Shown one piece after another: positions 19,567 to 30,151 of a DNA stretch of 64,000 bases. Source of the DNA: an uncultured delta proteobacterium. GTDB taxonomy: Bacteria; Desulfobacterota; Desulfobacteria; Desulfobacterales; UBA2156. The translations under genes were made by a program, and so were the position numbers. How positions within the stretch are numbered: position 1 is the first letter of the stretch; each line of letters begins with the position of its first letter. The DNA is taken from positions 96,001 through 160,000 of the forward strand of contig CAVTQK010000021.1 of the NCBI GenBank assembly GCA_963736855.1, written 5' to 3'. The notes beneath the pieces are model-generated. The model ran no database searches. It was given only the letters and a program-made list of their open reading frames with translations, and was not told where the DNA came from.

Positions 19567-21320
19567 ATGGCCCAAATTCAGTTTAAGGGAAAGTCGTTTG
19601 TTCAGAATCATCACTCTGACAGTCAAATACCATGAGCTGATTCCCAGAAAAGAGAAGAGCCTGACGGAAAAAGTCAGTCTGCATGACAACCTCATCATCC
19701 ACGGCGACAACCTGATTGCGCTGAAAGCTCTGCTTCCGATCTATGCCGGAAAAATCAAGTGCATTTATATCGATCCGCCTTACAATACCGGCAATGAGAA
19801 ATGGGTGTATAACGATAATGTCAATTCGCCGATGATGCAGGAATGGCTCGGCAAGATGGTCGATCGGGAAGACCTCACACGCCATGATAAATGGCTTTGC
19901 ATGATGATGCCGAGATTAAAACTTTTCAAAGAACTTCTTAGTGGGGATGGGGCAATTATAGTTATAACGATTGACGACAATGAGGTGACACACCTTCGGT
20001 GTCTGATGGATGAGGTTTTTGGCGAACAGTGTCGATTGGCATGTGCCATGGATGGCTGAACCAAGCGGAGTAAGGAGAAAACTGGCTTACGCGGAGGTCA
20101 TGAATATATATTCATCTATCACAACGGAGATCCTTCGAGTGTTACACAAGAGGAGAGATCGACAGGAGAATTGGATAGAAAAGACAAATGGGGTAAGTAT
20201 AGAAAGGGGAGGAGCTTCGCAAGTGGGTGGTGTCTCGCTTCGGACCGACCGCCTTGGACAATGGTTTGCACGCAAAGCGCCTGATGACCGAAGTCTACCC
20301 AATAAGAACATGGCGAAGAAGGACACTGGCGCTGGGGACCTAAAAATACCGAGATGCAGAAAATTGTCAATGACCCAGAATGTGCTCACTGGGAAAAGAG
20401 ACAGTTTGATAAGGGAGTTGTTTATAATGGGCAAACCGAAACGATGGGTCGCCATATGCTAAAATCCGAGACAAGAAACGTTCTGTAGGTTGGAGCACAC
20501 TGGCTGGACACATACGGGTTTAACGCTGATGGAACAAGAGAATTAAAGGAGATATTTGGTAGAAGGAGTTGTTCCTCAAACACTCTGAAACCCTGGAAAG
20601 ATGTTGGAAGCACACGCCATTCAAAACAGGAATTGAGCGAAATTATGGCTGCCGGGGCAAATGAAGATTTATTTGTTACACCGAAACCAATGAATTTATT
20701 GCGTCGCATTCTCAGAATAGCTGCTGAAAACGACTCCCTTGTCCTGGATTCCTTTGCCGGATCAGGCCCATTGGCCCATGCTGTTCTTGCTCTCAACAAA
20801 GAAGACGGCGGAAATCGAAAATTCATTCTCGTTGAATGTGAAGATTACGCCGACAAAATCACCGCAGAGCGGGTTCGACGCGTTATCAAAGGCGTTCCAA
20901 ATGCAAAAGATGAGAATCTTAAAAAGGGACTCGGCGGGACATTCAGCTATTTTGAACTGGGAAAAGCCATCGAACTGGAGAGTATTCTTTCCGGAGACGG
21001 GTTGCCCACATACGAAGAACTGGCCCGGTATATATTTTACACGGCCACAGGCGAGGAATTTGATCCAAAGGCCATGAATGAAAAGAAGAACTTTGTCGGC
21101 GAGAGCAGGAATTACAAGGTCTATCTTTTCTATGAGCCGGACATTGAAAAGCTGAAAAATATCGCCTTGACGCTGGAGCGGGCAAAGTCCATTGGAAAGT
21201 ACCGGGGAAAAGAGACGGCTGGTTTTTGCGCCGACCAAATACCTGGATCAGGCCCATCTGGACGAACTGCGGATTGACTTTGCCCAGCTTCCTTTTGAAA
21301 TTTATGAACTTGCGCGGTGA
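19567..21320 (+). pseudogene. mod: Type III R-M methyltransferase (Mod), many frameshifts as assembled
   Basis: IIHGDNL, IYIDPPYNTG, IDDNE, TPKP, VLDSFAGSG, GGNRKFILVE found in several frames. Confidence 0.85.
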
Positions 21321-21323
21321 GAT

Positions 21324-23852
21324 ATGGAACTTAAAGAATACCAGTTGCGCGCCCTATCAGAGGCAAAGGCTTATTTCGAGCTTTTAGCCGACTGGAAACA
21401 GAAGGCCCGAACAAATCCCGGAGGCTGAAATAGATTTTCCAGCCAAGGCCTGGGAGAAAGCCGGCATCAGAAGCAGCTACCGCCCTCGCAAGAATGGAAT
21501 CGGTCAACCCCTTCCCAATTTCTGCCTCAAAATTCCCACCGGCGGCGGCAAAACACTGCTGGCGGTTAAGATTATCGATCTGGTCAACCTGGTTTACCGC
21601 AAAAAAAGGACCGGACTTGTTCTGTGGATCGTGCCTACCACTCAGATCTATCGCCAAACCATCTTGAGTCTGAAAGACCGGGATCATCCCTACCGGCAGC
21701 ATCTGGATCTGGCTAGCGGAGGCCGTACGGTTATCTTCGAAAAAACGGACCGATTTTCACCGCTGGATGTTCAAGAAAACCTCGTTGTTTTAATGCTCAT
21801 GCTGCCGTCGGCCAATCGCCTGACCAAAGAGACGCTTAAGGTTTTTAAGGACAGCGGGGGTTTTCAGGACTTTTTTCCAGCCGAGGACGATGTACAGGGG
21901 CAGGAAAAAATTCTGAAAGATATTCCTAATCTGGATACCTATGAGAAAGAAAGCGGGTTCTGGGGAAAACAGGTAAAGACTTCTCTTGGGAACACCCTAC
22001 GGACTTTATCACCGGTAATCATTTTAGATGAAGGGCATAAAGCCTATAGCGAAGGCGCTCAAAATACCCTGCGCGGATTCAATCCCAGCATCATTATTGA
22101 GCTGTCGGCCACACCTTCAAAAGAAAGCAATATTCTGGTCGATATATCCGGCCGGGAGCTGCATCGCGAGGAGATGATCAAGCTTGATCTTCATGTGATC
22201 AACAAGGTGAGTCCGGATTGGAAAGATACATTGCTGGCAGGCGTCAACAAAAGAAACATTCTGGAGCATAAGGCGCGGGAGTATGAAGCTAATTCCGGCG
22301 TCACATATTCGCCCCATCTGCCTGATTCAGGTTGAGCGGACAGGGAAAGAGCAGAGAGGAACCCGGTATATCCATTCCGAAGATGTGCGCGAACATCTCA
22401 TTAAAACAGTCGGAATTCCGAAGGAGCAGGTGGCGGTTAAGACCAGCGAAAAGGATGAACTCAAAGAGGTTGATGATATCGGCGGTTTAATGAATCCGGA
22501 TTGTCAAATTCGTTTCATCATCACCAAACAGGCCCTTGCAGGAGGGATGGGATTGCGCCTTTGCCTACGTATTGGTTGTCCTGACAAATCCTGCTTCAAA
22601 GAATGCCTTGACGCAACTGGTGGGCCGGATACTCCGGCAGCCGGGGGCGCGAAAGACCAGAATCCGGGAACTCGATGAGAGTTACGTGTTCTGCTTCAAG
22701 CAAAATGCCAATAAGCTGCTGGCAAGCATCAGAGACGGTTTCAGTCGCGAAGGACTCGGTGATCTGAAAGGGCAGATTGTTTCAGAATCGGATGAAGATC
22801 GAGTGGGAGAGGAGGAAAAGGAACGCGTCATTAAAATACGGGATCGGTTCATCAAAGCGGCCGAAGGCACGGTATTGCCGGTATTCATGATAAAGCGCAA
22901 AAACGCATGGTTCCCGGTTAATTATGAGATGGATATTGCATCAAAAATTCAATGGGATGCGGTAACTCTCGATCCCATTTTTTCTCTTGCCCTATCCCTG
23001 TCTGAGGAAAAGGACATGGAGCATATTGCGACACTTTCAGATAACATCAGAAAAGTGATCGAGGAGAAGAAAGCGATACAACTAAAGGAAGGCGGTATTC
23101 GAGTTGATCCTGTTTTTATGACCCGCCAGCTATGTGATATTGTTCCAAATCCATGGATGGCCCATGAATTTGCCAGGGTGACGCTTATCCGTTTAGCCGA
23201 AAAATATGATCAAAAGATGATTGCCAATAATTTTGTTTTTATCATCGAAGAGCTCCGCAAGCAGCTTGACCGCGAAAAAGACCGCCTGTCCGAGATGATC
23301 TTCAAAGAGATGCTTGGTTTAGGACAGATGAAATTCCTGGTGATTGGAGAAAAGTTTGATTTTACCTTCCCGGAATCGATCAAGGTCAAACCTTCAGCCA
23401 AGATATTGAACCGTAGGGACGGCAGACCGCTTCAACTGAGTCTTTTTGAATTCGTCCCCGAAGACGAATTCAATGAAACCGAAAAGGCCGTGGCCTGGTA
23501 CCTTGAAGGTCAAAAGAGGCTTTTTTTCTGGTATAGGAACCGTTCGAGGCAGGACTATGCCATACAGGGTTGGAGGAAGCACAAAATTTATCCGGACTTC
23601 ATATTCACTTCTGTTTCTGCAGAAAATGAGGAAGATTATGATCAGGTTTATGTCGTCGAAACCAAGGGGCTTCATTTGATCGGAAGTTCGGATACGAATT
23701 ATAAACGCAGGATGTTTTCCCTTTGTAATAAGGAAGCCAAGGCAAAAAGATGGGTTGACCTGGGGCTTATGATGAAGGAAAAAATTTTACGATTCGAGGT
23801 GTTGGCAGAGGATGAGTGGGAGTCGAAATTGAACGAAATGCTGCGATCGTAA
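21324..23852 (+). CDS. res: Type III restriction endonuclease (Res), frameshifts near 21407, 22305 and 22537
   Basis: MELKEYQ, IPTGGGKT, LDEGH, LSAT, EGWDC, QLVGRILRQP, YPDF...VETKG. Confidence 0.85.
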
Positions 23853-23977
23853 GAATGCCAAGGCTTTTTATTTGGAATAGATTGAATCGGCCAACTTGCT
23901 GCCCAAACGGGATCAATATACAGACAAACCCCATACAAGTGATTGAACTGTTTTAACCGTAAAGTCATAAGCAGGTT

Positions 23978-24166
23978 ATGAAACTCAAAATAGATCATGA
24001 GGCCGATGCGCTTCACCTGACCCTTGATGAATCGGATGCCGTGGAATCAGAGGAGGTTTCACCCGGCATCATTGTGGACTATAACGCCGATAACCATGTG
24101 GTCGGCATCGAAATACTTTATTTATCCAAAAGGACACTGAAGCTTGATAAAGGAAGGCCTCTTTAG
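23978..24166 (+). CDS. DUF2283 family small protein
   Basis: MKLKIDHEADAL...SEEVSPGIIVDY...VVGIEIL. Confidence 0.8.
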   Translation: MKLKIDHEADALHLTLDESDAVESEEVSPGIIVDYNADNHVVGIEILYLSKRTLKLDKGRPL

Positions 24167-24273
24167 TTTTTAAAGGATTCTTTCCACTACGGCGAAGAGG
24201 TGCTTAAAGTGTTTAAAGTATAACTCGCAAGATAGGTGTTCCAGGTTTGCTTAACAAAGAGATGAATGTTAAA

Positions 24274-24576
24274 ATGACCATCAATTACAATTTTGAGTGG
24301 GATCCCATAAAGGCCCATGATAACCGGGATAAACACGCTGTGACTTTTGACGAGGCAGCAACGGTATTCAGGGATCCAAAGGCCCTTTCCATATTTGACC
24401 CGGACCATAGTGACTCTGAAGACAGATGGATCACTTTGGGTATTTCGGAAAAAGGAAGACTATTGATCGTCATTCATACTTTTCAGAAACAAAGTGAAAA
24501 TGCAATTACGATCAGAATTATTTCAAGCCGGAAAGCAACAAAAAAAGAAAATAAAACCTATGGTGAACGAACATGA
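24274..24576 (+). CDS. brnT: BrnT family toxin
   Basis: FEWDPIKA..N..KH.VTFDEA, HS.SEDRWITLG, IRIISSRKA. Confidence 0.88.
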   Translation: MTINYNFEWDPIKAHDNRDKHAVTFDEAATVFRDPKALSIFDPDHSDSEDRWITLGISEKGRLLIVIHTFQKQSENAITIRIISSRKATKKENKTYGERT

Positions 24577-24770
24577 AAAAAGAGTATGATTTTTCAAAAG
24601 GTGAAAGAGGCAAATTTTATCATCCGGATATGAAGCTGAATATTCCTATTTATCTCGATGAGGAAGTTTCTGCATTTGTTGAGAAAATCGCCACAAAAAA
24701 AGGGCTTGATCGATCATCGGTGGTAAATGAGATTCTCAGAGGCGATATAAAAATCGCCGAGGCAATGTAA
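24573..24770 (+). CDS. BrnA-like antitoxin
   Basis: MKKEYDFSKGERGKFY; ATGA overlap with the toxin. Confidence 0.8.
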   Translation: MKKEYDFSKGERGKFYHPDMKLNIPIYLDEEVSAFVEKIATKKGLDRSSVVNEILRGDIKIAEAM

Positions 24771-24872
24771 TGGGCCGCTTTCAGCGGTAAAAGTTCAGGA
24801 CTGGCCGGCACAGGTATTTGCATTCCCTCAACGAATTGAAATTGATAGTATTATTTTTTTGACCAATTTTTC

Positions 24873-24909
24873 TTGACTGCCAAAGGCGATGTAATTACAA
24901 TGTGCTTAC
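24873..24909 (+). promoter_or_regulatory. mazEF promoter with operator
   Basis: TTGACT-17bp-TACAAT; palindrome TGTAATTACA overlaps the -10, followed by imperfect copy TGTGCTTACA. Confidence 0.7.
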
Positions 24910-24932
24910 AAGATATTTTAAGGAGATCTGTC

Positions 24933-25187
24933 ATGAGAGCGCGCATTGTAAAAATCGGTAATTCCCAGGGAGTTCGGCTGCCCAAGCCGATCATCGAACA
25001 GGCGGGAATATCGGAGGATGTGGATATTGTCGTTGAAAATGAAAAAATCATCATCCGTCCGGTTTCCAGGCCACGGTCCGGATGGGATGAAGCGTTTGAA
25101 AAGATGGCGAAACATCGTGACGACCTGCTGATCGATGCGGAACCGCCGATATCGCATTCCTGGGATGAGACGGAATGGCAATGGTAA
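24933..25187 (+). CDS. AbrB/MazE family antitoxin
   Basis: IVKIGNSQGVRLPK; acidic Trp-rich C-terminus. Confidence 0.88.
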   Translation: MRARIVKIGNSQGVRLPKPIIEQAGISEDVDIVVENEKIIIRPVSRPRSGWDEAFEKMAKHRDDLLIDAEPPISHSWDETEWQW

Positions 25188-25504
25188 TCAAACGCTTTGA
25201 CGTCTATTTGATCAACTTGGATCCTACGGTAGGTTCGGAAATTCAAAAGATACGCCCCTGTCTCATCATTTCGCCCGATGAAATGAACCGGCACATTAAA
25301 ACCGTTATCGTAGCCCCCATGACCACAGCCGGAAAAGCTTATCCCACCCGCGTATTTTGTAAATTTCAAGGCAAGAAAGGGCAGATCGTATTGGATCAAA
25401 TACGCACGATTGATAAATCACGGCTTATCAAAAGGGCGGGCGCGATCGATCCTCAAATTCAGGCCGAAGTGATTTCAACCCTGCAATCCATGTTTGCGTA
25501 CTAA
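25181..25504 (+). CDS. PemK/MazF family toxin
   Basis: LDPTVGSEIQKIRPCLIISP, APMT, LDQIRTIDKSRL. Confidence 0.92.
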   Translation: MVIKRFDVYLINLDPTVGSEIQKIRPCLIISPDEMNRHIKTVIVAPMTTAGKAYPTRVFCKFQGKKGQIVLDQIRTIDKSRLIKRAGAIDPQIQAEVISTLQSMFAY

Positions 25505-25623
25505 ATTCGTCAATCTCAATGGCCTTTGGCAACCCGGGAATAAGTTCTTCAATACATGGAAAAACCGACTTCAGTTTTAAAAGAATTCTTTCTGGGGTCT
25601 TTACCGGATAAGTGAGAAAAGCC

Positions 25624-26250
25624 ATGAACGAAAGACTGTATCTGCTGAAAATCAGACTCGTTGACATTAAACCCACAATCTGGAGGCGCTTTGTGGTGCC
25701 TGCCGACATTACTCTGGATCGACTCCACGATGTGATTCAGATTGTGATGGGCTGGGAGGACTACCACTTGCATCAGTTCATCATCAATGGAAAATGGTAC
25801 ACGGAAAGTCCCGAATCACGGGAAGACGGGCTTGAATGCGGGAGATATCGGCTTGGAGATCTGATCAAAAAGAAGGGAAGCAGTTTCAGTTATCTGTACG
25901 ATTTTGGCGACAATTGGGAGCATGAGGTCATGATAGAGGATAGTCGCTACTCCAACCCGGAACTTCAGTTTCCAATTGAATGCCTGGATGGTGCCGGGGC
26001 CTGTCCTCCCGAAGATGTGGGGGGTGTCCCTGGATATGATGAGTTCTGCAAAGCCTTAAAAGATCCGACTCATGAAGCACACAAGAGCCTAAAAGAATGG
26101 TGGTTCGGTTTTCATAGGGATGAAGGTGATTTTGACAGCAAGCGGTTCGATGTCGAAATGGTGAATAATGAGCTGCTAAATTATATGAGGTGGGCGCGGG
26201 ACAGGTTCAGACCATGGCATGAGGGGAAACCAATTAAAGGCTCCCGATGA
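25624..26250 (+). CDS. Plasmid pRiA4b ORF-3 family protein
   Basis: IWRRFVVP, LHDVIQ..MGW..YHLHQF, YLYDFGDNWEH, CPPEDVGG. Confidence 0.9.
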   Translation: MNERLYLLKIRLVDIKPTIWRRFVVPADITLDRLHDVIQIVMGWEDYHLHQFIINGKWYTESPESREDGLECGRYRLGDLIKKKGSSFSYLYDFGDNWEHEVMIEDSRYSNPELQFPIECLDGAGACPPEDVGGVPGYDEFCKALKDPTHEAHKSLKEWWFGFHRDEGDFDSKRFDVEMVNNELLNYMRWARDRFRPWHEGKPIKGSR

Positions 26251-26278
26251 TGGCTTCTTGAGAATGGGGAAAATAACA

Positions 26279-26743
26279 ATGGCAATAAGAGAAGAGTTAA
26301 GAAAACAGGGAAACTGGCTTTTCAGGTGGCGTAGCTATCTGCCCCTGATTATGATTGTAATCGTTCTAGTGGCGATGAGTTATTTTGAGTATCCGGGTCA
26401 TAGTGAAGAATATGATGATATATGGGAAATAATTTGCATGCTCGTATCATTTTCAGGGGTTGGACTCCGTTTTTTCACAATCGGATATACACCGAAGGGA
26501 ACATCAGGAACAAACACACGGAATCAGATAGCAGAAATTTTAAATACCGCAGGAATGTATTCGATAGTGAGACATCCCTTATATTTAGGCAATTTCATAA
26601 TCTGGTTCGGTTTATCTGCGTTTTTTCATCTATGGTGGTTCAGTCTCATTGTTATACTCATATTTTGGCTATATTATGAGAGAATAATATTTGCCGAGGA
26701 AGCAAGAAATCAATGGATCAAAAAACACAGGAAGAATCCATAA
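26279..26743 (+). pseudogene. ICMT/PEMT-family (lipid A phosphate methyltransferase-like) membrane protein, probably C-terminally truncated
   Basis: GNWLFRWRSYLP, GTSGTNT, YSIVRHPLYLGN, ERIIFAEE then abrupt end. Confidence 0.6.
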
Positions 26744-26804
26744 TTGGAGTTCGGCGGAGTCCGGCAAATGCAGGGAACTACGGCACATGCAATAGGAAAC
26801 GCAG

Positions 26805-27512
26805 ATGAAATTAGAAAATCAGCTACATGATTCGGCCATGGCTTGGGGTGCAGACTATTTCGGCATTGCCGATTTGACCCCTGCTCGTGATACGATTCTC
26901 GAACAAGGCGGAACTGAAATCGCCCAGTACTCACGCTCCATTTCAGTTGGAATCGCCCTGTTTCATACGATTGTAAACCAGTTATTCCGACGCCCCGACC
27001 GTTCGGTAGCAGTCAGCTATCGATCCCATTGCTACGACGTAATAAACGTGCGCCTTGACCAAATAATCTCCCGTGTAGCAAGTATCTTGCAGCGTGGGGG
27101 GCACAGCGCCTTCCCTATTCCTGCGTCAAAGCGAGTGGATGATGATCGAATCTGTGCCATCTTTTCTCACAAATTGAGTGCTCATCTGGCCGGGTTGGGC
27201 TGGATCGGGAAAAACTGCCTTCTGATTACTCCGGACATGGGGCCTCGGGTGCGTTGGGCGACGGTGTTGACCGATGCGCCCCTGGCACCAACAGGCCGAC
27301 CAATTGTTGAGCGTTGCGGGGATTGCCATGAGTGCGTGGATATTTGTCCGGTCGGGGGCTTCACGGGACAGCCGTTCCGAGCAGAGGAGCCGAGAGCAGC
27401 CCGTTTTGACGCCGGCAAATGTGATCGATACTTCTCCAAAATGAAAGAGAAGGATGCCGAAACGGCGGTATGCGGGTTGTGTTTGTACACGTGTCCTTAT
27501 GGAAGACACTGA
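26805..27512 (+). CDS. QueG-like (epoxyqueuosine reductase family) FeS protein
   Basis: SHKLSAHLAGLGWIGKN, GPRVR, CGDCHECVDICP, CGLCLYTCP. Confidence 0.8.
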   Translation: MKLENQLHDSAMAWGADYFGIADLTPARDTILEQGGTEIAQYSRSISVGIALFHTIVNQLFRRPDRSVAVSYRSHCYDVINVRLDQIISRVASILQRGGHSAFPIPASKRVDDDRICAIFSHKLSAHLAGLGWIGKNCLLITPDMGPRVRWATVLTDAPLAPTGRPIVERCGDCHECVDICPVGGFTGQPFRAEEPRAARFDAGKCDRYFSKMKEKDAETAVCGLCLYTCPYGRH

Positions 27513-27741
27513 CAAGGATGATAAAAGGGCTTTAAATTTTTGGTAATAATCTTTCATGGCATCTTCTATAGTTGAGGTTGCGATCTGCCCCTTGCAAATG
27601 GCTTTAAGGGGAGATACCCTATTTGAAATCGGCAGGATAGATGAGGGCAGTAACCATAGATAGATAATTTGGTGACGTATAAATGAGTTTGTTTATGCCG
27701 CGAAGCGGCTTTCTTGCACAGTATGATAGAACGAGGGAAAA

Positions 27742-28179
27742 ATGACTCACGCGAAAATTGGCGATAAGGTAAAGGTTCACTTTACAGGTACCTTGGAGGA
27801 CGGAACGATATTCGGCTCTACTCTAAACGAAGAGCCGTTCGAGTTTACTATCGGAGAAAAGAATATGCTGCCGGGTTTTGAGAAGGCGGTCATCGGCATG
27901 CAAAAAGGAGATACAAAGACCATCACGCTTCCACCGGGTGATGGTTATGGTGCTTACAATGAAAAACTCATATTTGCTATGGAGCGATCCGGTTTTCCCA
28001 AGGAAATATCTTTGGAAATTGGGAAACGGCTGAGAGTTCGCGCTCAAGATGGAAAATATATCATGGTTACCATCATAGGCTTCAATGAAGACAGTATCGT
28101 GTTGGATAAAAACGATCCCCTTGCAGGCAAAACCCTGACTTTTAAAATCAAGCTGATTGAAATTAGAAAAAAACACTAA
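27742..28179 (+). CDS. FKBP-type peptidyl-prolyl isomerase (SlyD/SlpA-like)
   Basis: VKVHFTGTLEDG, PGFE, GYG, PLAGKTLTF. Confidence 0.9.
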   Translation: MTHAKIGDKVKVHFTGTLEDGTIFGSTLNEEPFEFTIGEKNMLPGFEKAVIGMQKGDTKTITLPPGDGYGAYNEKLIFAMERSGFPKEISLEIGKRLRVRAQDGKYIMVTIIGFNEDSIVLDKNDPLAGKTLTFKIKLIEIRKKH

Positions 28180-28335
28180 ATTGAATTGTTACAGAGGCTA
28201 TCTACGGAGTGCATGTTCTACCAAGCGGCGATCCGGGGTTGATCAAAATTCCATTCACAAATCTGATGATTCCTCCATTCCCCACCCGCACCTCATCCTG
28301 CCATGTAGCGTAATTCAATTTCGCCGGGGCTACGA

Positions 28336-28776
28336 CTATCCGCCGGATGATTCACGGGCGCGCGAGGCTTTGGTTGCCGCCTTGCCATTGAATTTGGCGG
28401 CGTCGATAACGAATCTTTCGTGAGTTCCTTCCGAGATCTTCTCCAAGCCGTCGTCTGCAACGAGTGAAAAAGTGAGCTTACGTCCCTCGACTTTTTCGAG
28501 CTTGCCTTTGACCGTAACTGTCAGCCCCGGCGGCGTTGCTGCTATATGATTTAATTTGATATCGATTCCGACAGTCTGCTCCCTCGGCCAATCGATATGA
28601 GGATTCACGGCCCTTATGCACGCCCATTCGAAGATCCCTACCATAAAGCCTGTCGCGAGCACCTTGGGCATAACCTGAAATTCCGGTGATTCCGGGTAAA
28701 GATAAGGTACCGTCTTGTTTTCAGTGACTTTGAAGCTGAATTCGAAGGAAAGACCGGCATGCAGCGTATCTTTCAC
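28336..28776 (-). CDS. Fluoroacetyl-CoA thioesterase (FlK)-like hotdog thioesterase
   Basis: VLATGFMVGIFE, TVG, H.AATPPG, GTHER; AGGAGG RBS. Confidence 0.88.
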   Translation of the reverse strand: MKDTLHAGLSFEFSFKVTENKTVPYLYPESPEFQVMPKVLATGFMVGIFEWACIRAVNPHIDWPREQTVGIDIKLNHIAATPPGLTVTVKGKLEKVEGRKLTFSLVADDGLEKISEGTHERFVIDAAKFNGKAATKASRARESSGG

Positions 28777-28891
28777 AATGCACCTCCTTTGATGAACGTT
28801 CCGTTTTCCCTATTTTCCTTGCTTTGAGATTCTGCTATAAATAATAAATAAGTCAAATGAATTATTTTTATAGGTTTTATTAGCAGGACTT

Positions 28892-29791
28892 ATGTCTATG
28901 GAATGGCAGCAGATTCTTGGTTTCTATCATGCGGCAAGGTTGGGAAGCTTCACGAAGGCCGGGGAGGCTACGCTGCGGACTCAATCCGCCCTCAGCCAGC
29001 AAATCAAGGCTCTGGAGAATGAACTTGGCAGTCCGCTCTTTGATAGAATTGGAAAACGGAAAATCAAGCTCACGCCTTCCGGTGAAAGGTTCTTCGGATT
29101 TGCCGAATCGGTACTTGAGAGTTATGAGAATCTTAAAGCGGACCTGAGCGAGTCGAGTGGTGTCCGAAAAGGGCTTCTGAAGATATCCGCGCCATTTACC
29201 ACTCTCTATCACCTCATTCCCGACAAGCTGAGGGACTACCTGGAACGATTTCCCGAAGTCGAGCTCACTCTGCTGGACCGCCCCCAGGAAAGGGTGGTAG
29301 AGCTCGTGAGAAGTGGAGAAGTGGACTTCGGCCTGGCATTGGAATCCGTTGTGCCGAAGGACCTCGCAACCATCCGATGGGTGGGAGTCGAAACGGTTTT
29401 ACTGGTACCGCAGGGCCACCCTCTGGCTGACTTGAAGCGTGTGACATGGAAGCAACTTGCGAAATATCCTCTCATTTTGCAGCCGAAAAGCGGCAAGAGT
29501 TCCAGTCGCGCGCTGGTTGAAGAGCAGTTCCGAAAGCTTGGCGTTGATCATCGCATCGTCATGGAGTCGTCAAATATCGAGTTGAGCTCAATCTACGTTG
29601 AAATGGGTTTGGGAATCACCTTTGCCAATGTTGTAAAGGATTTGCCCGCACTAAAAATGAGAAAGCTTACGCTCATTTCTCTGGATCACTATTTCAAGCC
29701 CGACCATCTCTGTGTCGCCATGAGAAAGAACAAAGCCCTTGCATCCTACAAGGGAGCCTTTTTGGATGTCCTTTTTGGCAAAGAGACTTGA
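28892..29791 (+). CDS. LysR family transcriptional regulator
   Basis: GSFTKAG...TQSALSQQIKALE...LFDR; divergent from the thioesterase. Confidence 0.95.
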   Translation: MSMEWQQILGFYHAARLGSFTKAGEATLRTQSALSQQIKALENELGSPLFDRIGKRKIKLTPSGERFFGFAESVLESYENLKADLSESSGVRKGLLKISAPFTTLYHLIPDKLRDYLERFPEVELTLLDRPQERVVELVRSGEVDFGLALESVVPKDLATIRWVGVETVLLVPQGHPLADLKRVTWKQLAKYPLILQPKSGKSSSRALVEEQFRKLGVDHRIVMESSNIELSSIYVEMGLGITFANVVKDLPALKMRKLTLISLDHYFKPDHLCVAMRKNKALASYKGAFLDVLFGKET

Positions 29792-29896
29792 CGCCCTCTT
29801 TTGGCCTGATTCATCACTCGGATAAGGGCAGCAAGTGCTGCTCCCACGAAACTTGATGATTGCGTTTCCCCAGACAGGCAGGTATGGAGGTTAAAT

Positions 29897-30090
29897 TTGA
29901 TGAAATCGTAAAAAGGCCGATTTTTCTCGCGCCGCAAGTCTTTTCGGAAGATCCAAAGGGTTTCGCTAAATCTCAAGAACTCGGCGCAAGCGCCTCAAAC
30001 AGCTTGAGATTTTTAACGCTCAACCCTTTTTCTCTTTTTTCCCGAAAAGACTTGAATGGCGCTCATAAAACTTTTTTACGAAGCCATCAA
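29897..30090. mobile_element. MITE/REP-like palindromic element, long copy
   Basis: Termini TTGATGAAATCGTAAAAAG / TTTTTTACGAAGCCATCAA; nested inner inverted repeats; second copy at 51438. Confidence 0.7.
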
Positions 30091-30151
30091 TATTTGAATC
30101 ATCCGGGGAAAAATTGAGCGTTGCCGGTGAGGCACATAAGAAGGGTTTCAG

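Noticed and set aside
19567..19630. Phase-variable simple repeat in mod
   Set aside because: The 5' frameshift is not in a tandem or long homopolymer tract
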